Positions 19,695-29,297 are shown, counted from the stretch's first letter. The stretch is DNA of 64,000 nucleotides from Nitrospinota bacterium (GCA_027619975.1 JAQCGX010000008.1:8719-72718); one strand, 5' to 3'. Program-made: numbers and translations. Notes: a model not told the origin generated them from the letters alone.

Positions 19695-20522
19695 ATGGAA
19701 ACTAAATTTAAATTCAATATATCCAATATTTCTAAAAACCCTTATTTTGGTTTAATTGGAATAATTTTGGGGCTTATAGGAATAATTTTGTCGATATTCT
19801 TTTATGTTGGAAGTAAAAAAGAGTCTGAATTAACCTTTATGGTAAATCCCATTAAGACATCCATTGTTTCTTCTGGAAGGACCTCATCAATAAAGGTTTT
19901 TAACGCGGAAAAAGAAATAACTAATGATGTAACTGCTGTCCAAATTGCCATTTGGAATGGAGGGGCGAAAAGTATTAGAACAAATAATATTTTAGAACCT
20001 ATCGAGATTTACACAGACCCGCCGGTTTCAATAATTGAAGCTACAATCCTTAATACCTCTCGCGAGGTAACTAATTTTCATATCGAGACGGATAAGCTTG
20101 AACAGGGGATTATTAAACTTAAGTGGAAAATTCTAGAACAGAATGATGGAGCAAGCATTCAGATCATATTTATTGGTGCAAAAGATACTAAATTTAACTT
20201 TAGAGGGACAATTGAAGGGCAAGCACAAATTTTTGATTTTATGAATATCAATAATCAAATTATTTATCTAACTTCTCTTATTTATTCAAAAAAACGTTTA
20301 AGGGAAAAAGAGTTTGGTTTGGAAGAATTTAGAACCCTTTGGAAATTATTAACTGGAATGGTATTACTATTATCATTGATACCATTGACTATGGCTATCG
20401 ATAGACACAAACGAAAAAGATATTTCTTTGCTTATGGTTATTTTTTCGGTTTCCTCATAATGCTTTTTTTAGCTTTGGTTTATTGGTTCTTGACTCCCCC
20501 TTACTCTCCTATTCCTTTTTAA
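19695..20522 (+). CDS. Membrane protein of unknown function in a visibly AT-rich segment
   Basis: ORF 19686..20522 (ATG at 19695). One N-terminal TM, a soluble region of about 150 aa, then two C-terminal TM helices separated by HKRKR. Composition contrasts with the flanks. Confidence 0.5.
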   Translation: METKFKFNISNISKNPYFGLIGIILGLIGIILSIFFYVGSKKESELTFMVNPIKTSIVSSGRTSSIKVFNAEKEITNDVTAVQIAIWNGGAKSIRTNNILEPIEIYTDPPVSIIEATILNTSREVTNFHIETDKLEQGIIKLKWKILEQNDGASIQIIFIGAKDTKFNFRGTIEGQAQIFDFMNINNQIIYLTSLIYSKKRLREKEFGLEEFRTLWKLLTGMVLLLSLIPLTMAIDRHKRKRYFFAYGYFFGFLIMLFLALVYWFLTPPYSPIPF

Positions 20523-20569
20523 TAATAGTCATTTAAAATTCCAAATTTAACAACAATGATTTACTGGCA

Positions 20570-20845
20570 TTAAAATATTCGCCTACATATTATCTTTCCT
20601 CTAACCATCCCTTCCTTTTCTTCCTTCGACATTTTCTTAACAGCGGCCTCGGCTTTTGAAGCTTCGGATCGACTGCCAATTTTTTGCTGGAACACCAGTT
20701 GCAGTGGGCCGCGTCCTCTTAAGTATTTGGCTCCCTTCTTTCCGCCTGCGGTGTGCTCGGCGAATCGTCGCTCCACATCCTGGGTGATGCCGGTATACAG
20801 TTCGCCGTGTTTGGTGCGTATCATGTAGATGTGCCAGTCGGACAT
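20570..20845 (-). CDS. GIY-YIG nuclease-family protein (UPF0213/YhbQ-like)
   Basis: 91 aa. [24 protein letters not shown] matches the GIY-YIG core. Confidence 0.8.
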   Translation of the reverse strand: MSDWHIYMIRTKHGELYTGITQDVERRFAEHTAGGKKGAKYLRGRGPLQLVFQQKIGSRSEASKAEAAVKKMSKEEKEGMVRGKIICRRIF

Positions 20846-20850
20846 TTTAA

Positions 20851-21001
20851 TTCCCCCTCATCCTAACCTTCTCCCCCAGAGGGGAGAAGGAATTATTTTT
20901 TCCTTCATTCTGTCTATCACCCTGTGGGTGCCTCCCAAAAGAGGAAGAAGTGGGTGGTTTGCCCCCTCTCCCTTTTAGGGAGAGGGTTGGGGTGAGGGTT
21001 T
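20851..21001. repeat. Cluster of GC-rich REP-like hairpins
   Basis: 10-bp stem CCTTCTCCCC-CAGA-GGGGAGAAGG (20867-20890) and CCCTCTCCC-TTTTA-GGGAGAGGG. 20961-21001 is identical to 19167-19207. Confidence 0.8.
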
Positions 21002-21054
21002 CAATAAATAGTTCCAGATAGTTTTTGTTCAATAGGTGAGATATTTGGATTGAA

Positions 21055-21276
21055 GGATATCTCTAAAAATTGACTAAACGCTCCTAGTCGTCAACTTAAG
21101 GAGATGGCTTTGTTTCAGTGGGACAGGCGACCTACCCTTAAAGGTTATACGGAAGTGCGGAATTTAATTCCGCCTTTCCAGCCTGTCCGCACGGGCTGGA
21201 AAGCCCGTGCCACCGATATAAGAAATCCTTGTACAATGTTCGATTTCCTGTAATAAACTAATTTTTAGAGATGCCC
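21055..21276 (+). mobile_element. MITE, TIR family 1, full-length core
   Basis: 222 bp. The right TIR is perfect; the left is degenerate (GGATATCTCTAAAAATT). The core at 21118-21213 holds two 8-bp-stem hairpins. No clear TSD. Confidence 0.8.
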
Positions 21277-21674
21277 TTTAGAAAATACGCCCGTTTGAGT
21301 AATTAATAATTTTCTGCTCATCAATTTCTTTCCCACTTTTCTTCAATATTGCTGTTCCGATCAAGAACCCCAATCACCCCATCAACCTTTTGAATTTATT
21401 GATAATTATAAAGAACTCGCTTGACTTCACCCTTCCAAAATTTTTCGCTTCCGGTCCACCAACTGCATTTTATTAATTTTTATTAATGTTGCGTTAATAA
21501 TTTTTTAATTTTCCTTTTTTATAATGGGGTAATTACTTTCTCCTCCTCTCTTTGGAAGGGGTCCTCTACCATTGGACTCCTTCCTTTCTTTCTATCCAAG
21601 GATGAGAAGGACTGGATTAATAATTAAATCGCCATTCTTTTTGGTACATTTTTAATACTTGGTCAGGTGAGATA

Positions 21675-21839
21675 ATGAATGATATTCGTGTTTACGAAGT
21701 AAAAGTTTTTGACCGATCTGGAAAATTAAAAAAAGTTGTTTCGCAAAAAACTTTGCTCAAGATTTCAGATGAAAAATTTAAGGCCAGCTCTTCTCCAATG
21801 AGAAATTACAAAGCCAAAAAAGTCAAAAATCTTAATTAA
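21675..21839 (+). CDS. Possible 54-aa basic protein
   Basis: ATG preceded by AGGTGAG. Below the track cutoff. Sits after a roughly 400-bp AT-rich leader. No family recognised. Confidence 0.25.
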   Translation: MNDIRVYEVKVFDRSGKLKKVVSQKTLLKISDEKFKASSSPMRNYKAKKVKNLN

Positions 21840-21964
21840 TACAATGGATTGCTCAAACTGACATAAAATTTACGATTTTCTTTATCAGCCCTCTTTACCC
21901 AGGCAGGGGTGGAGAGGGTTTTCTTTTTACCAATTGAAAGTACCCGGTTCAGGTACCTCAAGCC

Positions 21965-22867
21965 TCATCTCACAGGTCCACTGTAATGCCCCGCGAATCC
22001 GGAAGACGAAATACCCACGGGTAAATATTTTTCAGCGATTCGGGCAATGGCGTCCCGGTAGTCTAAATGGACCGAATCCGGCTCAGCCTCGACCATCGCC
22101 TGCGGAAGTTTCGTTTTAAGCGTCCGGGAACCATCCTTGGTGCCATCCCCATATATAAAGTGATCAATCACCACTGCTGTGATTCCGATTTGGGACAATC
22201 TTAAAAAAAATGCATCCGGAGCTTTCATAGGATAAAGAGGGGAAAGACAGGCTACTGCTGGAATTTTCCGATCAGATAGTTCTTTGAGAACAGCCAATCT
22301 CTCTTCCAGCGTGCAGGGCGGAGGCGGCAAACCGGCCAGGCGATCGCGGTCTCCTTCTATGGAAATATGAACGCGGAGGTCGCATATTTTAGATAGTGTT
22401 TGAATCCTTTCCAGGTCGTCAAGCAGACGGGCGGAATGGGTTTGCAGGATCAATTGATCGGGTGGAGCCTTGTGCATGGCCTCAAGCAGTTGGCGCGTCA
22501 CTCGGTACTCCCTTTCAACCGGCTGCCAGGGGTCGGTCGAACTGGAGAAAAAAACTGAAAAGACACCGCCCTCTTTTCGCGCCCAATTTTTCTCCTTTTT
22601 TACTGTGCGCAAATAAATCTCGGCGGCATTGATTTTGACATCGACAAACCGTCCCCATTCGCGTCCGCGCATGAGCCATTGATTGAAGCGCACATAACAA
22701 CCCTCGCCGCAGGCAGAGCGCCCAAACCCGCACCCGACGTAAGGGTTGAGAGAATGCGAACTCACCGCCTGCAAGTAACCGGAAGTACGTGTGAGTATGG
22801 ATTTACAATGAATTTCATCAACCGTCATGAGCTGTGGAGAAGAGACAAGTCTATTTGGCTTCCGCAT
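21965..22867 (-). CDS. Radical SAM-like protein (SplB/COG1533-like) with unusual Cys spacing
   Basis: 300 aa. LNPYVGCGFGRSACGEGCY resembles the NPYxGCxxxCxYC region of the DNA-photolyase-like radical SAM group, but the spacing is C-x6-C-x3-C. Confidence 0.5.
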   Translation of the reverse strand: MRKPNRLVSSPQLMTVDEIHCKSILTRTSGYLQAVSSHSLNPYVGCGFGRSACGEGCYVRFNQWLMRGREWGRFVDVKINAAEIYLRTVKKEKNWARKEGGVFSVFFSSSTDPWQPVEREYRVTRQLLEAMHKAPPDQLILQTHSARLLDDLERIQTLSKICDLRVHISIEGDRDRLAGLPPPPCTLEERLAVLKELSDRKIPAVACLSPLYPMKAPDAFFLRLSQIGITAVVIDHFIYGDGTKDGSRTLKTKLPQAMVEAEPDSVHLDYRDAIARIAEKYLPVGISSSGFAGHYSGPVR

Positions 22868-23369
22868 TGCCGGGAAGCGCTCCCGGCCACCACGGACTCC
22901 ACTTTACAGACGACACATTTCTACGAAAATTAGGGGCCGGATGGTAGTAAGCATCATACGCTCCGGATTTGGAGTTCGCCTCGATGGTTGACCATTTGTC
23001 GTTTTGAAACTCGTCCAGTGCCAACAACCATATCTTCTGGTCATCCCTTTTTCGCAAAACCAGATACCCTCTTTCTTGATTGTAAGAAAAACTTCCGAAC
23101 AGGGTCACCGTGGTCCCCGGAGGGCCGTCGAGGGTCAAGGTGTACATTCCCTGGCAAAAGTAATAGGGATAATCCCGGCGCATGTCGGCAACATCTTCTC
23201 CAGAATCCACGTAATACAAGGTGGCAGAATCACAGAGAGAATTGCCGTCAATAGCGGGACCTGTATCAAAAAGTTGCTCTTTGGACAGCATCAATTCCTG
23301 ATTAGCAGATACAAAAGTAGAATTGAGCAGGACAATCCATATTCCCAATACCAAAATTTTTATTTCCAC
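22851..23369 (-). CDS. Secreted protein, unknown function
   Basis: 172 aa with a signal peptide. Overlaps the downstream radical SAM-like gene by 17 nt. Confidence 0.5.
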   Translation of the reverse strand: MEIKILVLGIWIVLLNSTFVSANQELMLSKEQLFDTGPAIDGNSLCDSATLYYVDSGEDVADMRRDYPYYFCQGMYTLTLDGPPGTTVTLFGSFSYNQERGYLVLRKRDDQKIWLLALDEFQNDKWSTIEANSKSGAYDAYYHPAPNFRRNVSSVKWSPWWPGALPGNAEAK

Positions 23370-23598
23370 AATAACCTCCTTTTTTCAACCAGTTTCTCTT
23401 AACGGCAGAGGAAAGCCAGCCTTGGCTGTAAGTTAACATCGTTCGTAACCACCGATTTAATTTTGGTTACTCGATATTCTATATGGAATCAATATTAAGG
23501 TTTCTTGAATTGCTGTAATTATAGTAAATTTAACCCTCCGCCTAAAGGACAAATTTGGCATATACTGATTCTGATTTATCAAACACCTTTCAAAAAAA

Positions 23599-25209
23599 AT
23601 GCAAATGACCGCTCAGGGGGAAAAAATAAATCCACGATCGATAGTTATGGGCATTTTTATTGCCGCGGCAATCTTTATTTTGGACACACAGCTTCCCCTG
23701 GGTGTTGCTGACGGAGTGCTTTATGTCGCTCTGGTGCTCATCGGGTTACGATCCCGCAGTAAAGAGTACATCCTCTGGAGTGCCTTTTGTGGAACCGCTC
23801 TTATTGCGATCGGTTTTTTCTTTTCCCCACCAGGCGGTGAACTATGGAAAGTACTTGCCAACAGGGCTTTGGCCGTGTTCACCCTTTGGATGAGTGCTTT
23901 TCTTTGCCTGTGGCAGATACGGGCGGAGAAAAAACTTCAGAAAGCCAGTGAGGAATTGGAACAAAGGGTCAAGGACCGGACGGCCAAACTGAACGAGATC
24001 AATATATTATTACAACGAGAGCGTGAATTCGTCGAATTACACAAAGACATCGCCGTGGCTTCCAACGAGACACAGGCCATAGAAAAAACTCTGGAATACA
24101 GTTTAGAACGCATATGCGCACATGCGGGCTGGCCGGTGGGGCATTTGTACCTGACGGCTGAACCCTATTCAAACCAGCTTCTTCCAGCGGGTATCTGGTA
24201 CCTTGAAGATCCCGCCCGGTTTGAAAACTTTCGCAACATAACCGAGGTGACTCCTTTCAAGGCAGGAGAAGGTCTGCCCGGCCGGGTGATCGCCAGCGCC
24301 AAACCCGCCTGGATTATCGACGTGACCAAAGATCCCAATTTCCCCCGTGCCCAACACGCCAAAAATATCGGCGTCAAGGCCGCCTTTGCTTTTCCCATTC
24401 TAATTGGAGATGAAATTGTGGGCGTTATGGAGTTTTTCTCTACCCAGGCCGTGGAACCGGACAGCAAAATGCTGGAGATCATGGCACAGGTGGGAACGCA
24501 ACTGGGCCGGGTGCTCGAACGAAAAAGGGCCGAAGAAGGCATCAAACGGTCGCACGAACAATTGCGCAACCTTTATCATCGGCTGGAATTGATTCGTGAA
24601 GAAGAAAGAACTCGCATGGCCCGTGAAATTCACGATGAACTGGCGCAGGTGTTGAGTGCCTTGAAGCTTGAAGTCTCGCTTCTGGATAAAAAATTGAATA
24701 AAAGTGATTCCTCTCTCCAGACTTCCACCCAATTGATGTTGAAACTGATCGACACCACCATCCAGACAGGAAAAAAACTGGCAATGGATTTGCGGCCACC
24801 TCTTCTGGATGACCTCGGTCTCATGGAGGCTATTGAATGGGAAGCCAGGGAATATGAAAGGCGGACGGGAATTGTATGTGAGGTCGAAATGAAAAAAAAC
24901 GGCTTCGAACTGGATGAGGAAAGGTCCACGACCCTCTTCAGGATATTTCAGGAAGCTTTGACCAATGTAACGCGACATGCCAAAGCAGACAAAGTCCACA
25001 TCCTAATAAAAGATCAAAACAATATCATCACACTTCAGATAGCGGATAATGGAGTAGGCATATCTAAAAAACAGCTTGCCAATCTAAAATCACTGGGCTT
25101 ACTGGGAATGCGTGAACGCGCCCTTGTTTGGGGAGGAAAAGTCGATATAATAGGGGTACCCAATAAAGGCACCACCGTTACCATCCATCTTAATCGAGAA
25201 ACTTTATGA
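23599..25209 (+). CDS. Sensor histidine kinase (TM region, GAF, HisKA_3, HATPase)
   Basis: 536 aa. N-terminal TM helices, a GAF-like middle, H-box REIHDELAQ, and an ATPase region with DNGVGI and GLLGMRER. Confidence 0.85.
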   Translation: MQMTAQGEKINPRSIVMGIFIAAAIFILDTQLPLGVADGVLYVALVLIGLRSRSKEYILWSAFCGTALIAIGFFFSPPGGELWKVLANRALAVFTLWMSAFLCLWQIRAEKKLQKASEELEQRVKDRTAKLNEINILLQREREFVELHKDIAVASNETQAIEKTLEYSLERICAHAGWPVGHLYLTAEPYSNQLLPAGIWYLEDPARFENFRNITEVTPFKAGEGLPGRVIASAKPAWIIDVTKDPNFPRAQHAKNIGVKAAFAFPILIGDEIVGVMEFFSTQAVEPDSKMLEIMAQVGTQLGRVLERKRAEEGIKRSHEQLRNLYHRLELIREEERTRMAREIHDELAQVLSALKLEVSLLDKKLNKSDSSLQTSTQLMLKLIDTTIQTGKKLAMDLRPPLLDDLGLMEAIEWEAREYERRTGIVCEVEMKKNGFELDEERSTTLFRIFQEALTNVTRHAKADKVHILIKDQNNIITLQIADNGVGISKKQLANLKSLGLLGMRERALVWGGKVDIIGVPNKGTTVTIHLNRETL

Positions 25210-25868
25210 CAACGACGTATCTGGAAACCCCGCAAATAAAAATACTCATTGCAGACGATCATCCTCTCTTCAGACAAGGTTTGAAGCACACGTTTTTGGA
25301 AACCGAGGACATCCGGGTAACTGGGGAAGTTGAAAATAATGACGACTTGATCACCACCATTAAAAACCATCCCCCAGATGAGTACACTCTGGTTTTACTT
25401 GATATCACCATGCCAGGAAAAAGCGCTCTTGATGTCCTGAAACAGTTGAAGCTGGAATATCCAAAACTGCCGATCCTGATGTTGAGTGTGTATTCGGAAG
25501 ATCAATACGCCGTCCGGTTCATCAAGGCTGGAGCCTCGGGTTACCTGACCAAGGAAAGCGCCCCGGACCTGCTTGTGGAAGCCGTGCGCAAGGTGGCCCG
25601 TGGGGGCAAATTTGCCAGTCCTCGAATCACTGAAAAACTGGCTTTTGACTTTGGCGATTCAAATAAACCCTTGCATGAATCGTTATCGGATCGTGAATAT
25701 CAGGTGTTTTCCATGATTGCCGACGGGATGTCTCTGACCGAAATTGGCGTTCAACTTTCCCTGAGCGTCAAGACCATCAGCACCCACCGCACCCGAATCC
25801 TAGAAAAAATGAAAATGAAAAAGAACACGGAATTGATCCACTACGCCATCAATAACAACCTGTTATAA
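25206..25868 (+). CDS. NarL/FixJ-family response regulator (REC + LuxR HTH)
   Basis: 220 aa with ILIADDHPLFR, LDITMPG, and the C-terminal LSDREYQVF..LSVKTISTHR HTH. 4-nt overlap with the kinase. Confidence 0.9.
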   Translation: MTTTYLETPQIKILIADDHPLFRQGLKHTFLETEDIRVTGEVENNDDLITTIKNHPPDEYTLVLLDITMPGKSALDVLKQLKLEYPKLPILMLSVYSEDQYAVRFIKAGASGYLTKESAPDLLVEAVRKVARGGKFASPRITEKLAFDFGDSNKPLHESLSDREYQVFSMIADGMSLTEIGVQLSLSVKTISTHRTRILEKMKMKKNTELIHYAINNNLL

Positions 25869-26119
25869 CCCTGCGATGTCATTTCCTCCCTGCGCCCCCC
25901 TCCAAACGCCTTTCAACCCTTTTTCAATTAATCTTATCAGGAAATTCTTCATCCCTTAACCGATATCTCTCAAGGTCCAGGACACATTCCTACACGCATA
26001 CAGTATTTATCCTACATTAAAACCAGAATACATCTGATAGCACGGAAAAATAAAATAACCTAAACTCCCGTTGGTTAAAGCTTCCCATACATTAACGATT
26101 TACAAGACTTTTGGAACAT

Positions 26120-26500
26120 ATGGTGCCTTCAAAACTTCTTTCGTTTGCGCTTGTTATCGGGGTTCTGCTGATGGGATTTTCCTACAAATCGGTGGATGCC
26201 AAAACACCGAACATTTCCCTCAATCAACCCAGCGAAGGGATGTCCAGGATAACCATTACAAAAGGCAAAGTAATCCAAGTCAGCAATGATTTTGGCAGTG
26301 CTCTATATAATTTGATGATCGTAAAGTTTTCCAGCGGAAAAAAAATGGTCAGTATTGATGAGTTCCAGGCAGGGCAGACCTTCGATTTGGAATTCGTTGG
26401 AGAAGGAACTTATGTGATTTGTTACTCACTACATCCCCAAGCCGGGTCCATGCGGGATGCTTGTTTACAGGTAAATGTTGGGGCCCATCACCAGGCATGA
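26120..26500 (+). CDS. Small secreted protein, unknown function
   Basis: ORF 26111..26500. The ATG at 26120 gives a signal-peptide-like start. Confidence 0.5.
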   Translation: MVPSKLLSFALVIGVLLMGFSYKSVDAKTPNISLNQPSEGMSRITITKGKVIQVSNDFGSALYNLMIVKFSSGKKMVSIDEFQAGQTFDLEFVGEGTYVICYSLHPQAGSMRDACLQVNVGAHHQA

Positions 26501-26589
26501 ACGCTCCCTTGTGGAGTTAAACATGAAGTTTTTTAGTTTGGGATCATTATTGCCAACTGTAACCGTCATTTTTTGAAAGGAAAAGGAAA

Positions 26590-27030
26590 ATGAAAAAGAT
26601 TCTCCTGCTAACCGCGATTTTTATCGCCAGCACCAGTATTTCCGCATTTGCGGAGCAAATCAACAATGGTCAGTCCGCCAGCTGTAAGGACGCCGGTTCT
26701 ATCGACATCGCTGTTGTTAAAACCGATTCAGAGTTTAAAGACAAATTCGGTTATACCACCAACGACCGGGGTACAGCTAACCTGGTGGTTTGGAAATCTT
26801 CCAACTACACCACCATCCCCATCACTTTGGGGCCGAACGACGACCACCGCAGCCTCAATTCCACGGACCACGATCTGACCGGAATTCCCGTCAGGGGCGC
26901 CATGGGACCTGCTAAAGTAGCTCTTTCCAAACAGTCTGGTTTCAGCCGTGGAGATTCCATTGGCGACATCAGCGGTACGGTAAAAATCACCAACACCGGT
27001 TCGGTTCCAGTAACTGTTGAATGTAAATAA
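26590..27030 (+). CDS. Small secreted protein, unknown function
   Basis: 146 aa with a signal peptide, one Cys near each end, and a terminator downstream. Confidence 0.55.
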   Translation: MKKILLLTAIFIASTSISAFAEQINNGQSASCKDAGSIDIAVVKTDSEFKDKFGYTTNDRGTANLVVWKSSNYTTIPITLGPNDDHRSLNSTDHDLTGIPVRGAMGPAKVALSKQSGFSRGDSIGDISGTVKITNTGSVPVTVECK

Positions 27031-27074
27031 ATGAAATAAGGGTTTTATCGCGAGTTTAACCCTTACCCTAGAGG

Positions 27075-27112
27075 AAACCGTCGGTCCATCAGGGCCGGCG
27101 GTTTTCTTTTTT
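27075..27112 (+). terminator. Rho-independent terminator
   Basis: AAACCGTCGGTCC-ATCA-GGGCCGGCGGTTT (two G.T pairs) followed by a T-rich run. Confidence 0.55.
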
Positions 27113-27319
27113 CTAAAGTTTCCGCTTGCTAGTGATAAAACCCTCCCATATTCAGAAGTATGCCCCCTCCCCAGGGCCTACGAAGGAAACCCGCAGGTAC
27201 GCCTGAGAAAATAAATCTGATTATTATTATTCTGTTTCGAGATTCATTGGCGGTAGGAACTGAAGAGCGAAGCGGGGAATCAAAAGCTTCTCAATCGTCC
27301 AAGTGGACGATGACATCCG

Positions 27320-27526
27320 TCAAAGCTGGGATCGGTAAATGAGGATATTCATCAGGCGGCGGTAGCGATCGTCTCCAAACAGTTCCGCGTCGTCCTTTTT
27401 CATGTCATAGGAACCCAATAATTCAAAAATTCCGGGGCGCGAGTTTTGTTTGGCGAGAGAAATAAAGTACCTCTTTTTTTCCGCGCCAGTGTTCTTCCCT
27501 GCCAGGTTTTGGCTATTCTCTACCAT
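27320..27526 (-). CDS. Hypothetical 68-aa protein
   Basis: ORF with AAGGA about 8 nt upstream. No recognisable family. Confidence 0.25.
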   Translation of the reverse strand: MVENSQNLAGKNTGAEKKRYFISLAKQNSRPGIFELLGSYDMKKDDAELFGDDRYRRLMNILIYRSQL

Positions 27527-27878
27527 TTCACAAGCATCCTTCCCTTCAATGAAGAAACCCGCCCTGTTGCGGGAAAAATATTTTACCAGTGCTAATATTT
27601 TAGGGAAGCAATAGTTGTACCATTAAAGACAGGACAAATTCAATTTACAAAACCTTTATTTATATAGAGATCACGAGACCGCTGGAAGAAAAGATTCTAA
27701 CACCGTCAATTTTCATTTAAGACTTCCACAATATCGCCGGGATTTTGGCAGCTTCTTCCTCGGGGTCTTCAAGAAATAGCTTAATATTCATTGCTGGTTT
27801 TGGTATTTTGAAGGACTGTTTTTCATAACGGAGCCTCGAGCTCCTATAAAATAATGCAAACATGAAAGCAAAAAAACA

Positions 27879-29297
27879 ATGACTGATAGCGTTAAAGTGC
27901 GATTCGCCCCCAGCCCGACAGGGTTCCTTCACATCGGCGGCGTGCGCACCGCTCTTTTCAACTGGCTGTTCGCCCGCCATCACGGCGGAAAATTTGTCCT
28001 ACGCATTGAAGATACCGATGTCTCACGCTCGACGGAAGAATCCATCCAGGAAATCATCGAGGCTATGAAATGGCTGGGCCTGGATTGGGACGAGGGACCC
28101 TATCGACAAATGGAGCGGCAGAATATTTACAATGAAAAAGTCGGTCTACTACTCAGTGCGGGAAAAGCTTATCGCTGTTATTGCTCTCCCGAGGATTTGG
28201 AAACCAGACGTCAGGAGGCCCAGAAAAAAGGCTTGAAACCCAAGTATGACGGGACCTGCCGCAACCGGACGGATCACCCAGAAGGCATGCCGTCGGTTGT
28301 CCGTTTCAAGACCCCGTTGGAAGGGCCGGTTGCGGTTCACGACCTGCTTCGCGGGCAGATCATATTCGATAATCAGGAACTGGACGATTTTATCATCCAG
28401 AGGACGGACGGAACCCCGACCTATAATTTCGTCGTGGTCGTCGATGACGCGGATATGGGCATCACCCACGTGATCCGGGGAGACGATCATCTCTCCAACA
28501 CCCCAAGGCAGGCGCTCATGTATGAAGCCTTGAATCATCCCCAGCCGAAATTCGCGCATATCTCCATGATTCTGGGAGCCGACAAAGCCCGGCTCAGCAA
28601 ACGGCATGGGGCCACATCGGTCCTCGCCTATCGCGACATGGGATACCTGCCGGACGCCGTGATCAACTATCTGGTACGCCTTGGCTGGTCGCACGGGGAC
28701 CAGGAGATATTCTCAAGAGACGAGTTGATCCAGCATTTCTCGCTGGAGAGCATCACCACCTCGGCGGCGGTATTTAATCCAGAAAAACTGACCTGGCTCA
28801 ACCAGCAATATATCCAGAAAACGCCGCCGCTGGAATTGGCCCCGCACTTAGAACCCATGCTCGTCAAGGAAGGTCTTCTGCCTGAAGGCCACGGATTGAG
28901 CCTGGAAGAAATCGCCAAACCGATTCCTTCCCTCAACCAACGTGCCGAAACTCTGGTGGAAATGGCGCATAAGGCGGAGTTTTATTTTAAAAAAGAATTG
29001 GAGTTTGACGAACAAGCCCGCGCAAAACTTCTGACTCCTGAAGCCAGACCCCATCTCGAATTGCTTGTTTCCAAGTTATCGACTTTAAGCGATTTTTCGG
29101 AGTCCACCCTGGAAACCGCTTTCAAGGAAATCGTCGAGCAGGAAGGCATTAAACTGGGAAAACTGGCCCAGCCGGTACGCATTGCGTTGACCGGAAAAAA
29201 AGAAAGTCCTGGCATTTATGAAGTCCTGTCTCTCCTTGGCCGCGACACGACAATCTCCCGACTCAATAATGCCATTGCGTGGATAGATTCCCTCTAA
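27879..29297 (+). CDS. gltX: Glutamate--tRNA ligase
   Basis: 472 aa with RFAPSPTGFLHIGG (HIGH) and KLSKRHG (KMSKS). Confidence 0.92.
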   Translation: MTDSVKVRFAPSPTGFLHIGGVRTALFNWLFARHHGGKFVLRIEDTDVSRSTEESIQEIIEAMKWLGLDWDEGPYRQMERQNIYNEKVGLLLSAGKAYRCYCSPEDLETRRQEAQKKGLKPKYDGTCRNRTDHPEGMPSVVRFKTPLEGPVAVHDLLRGQIIFDNQELDDFIIQRTDGTPTYNFVVVVDDADMGITHVIRGDDHLSNTPRQALMYEALNHPQPKFAHISMILGADKARLSKRHGATSVLAYRDMGYLPDAVINYLVRLGWSHGDQEIFSRDELIQHFSLESITTSAAVFNPEKLTWLNQQYIQKTPPLELAPHLEPMLVKEGLLPEGHGLSLEEIAKPIPSLNQRAETLVEMAHKAEFYFKKELEFDEQARAKLLTPEARPHLELLVSKLSTLSDFSESTLETAFKEIVEQEGIKLGKLAQPVRIALTGKKESPGIYEVLSLLGRDTTISRLNNAIAWIDSL

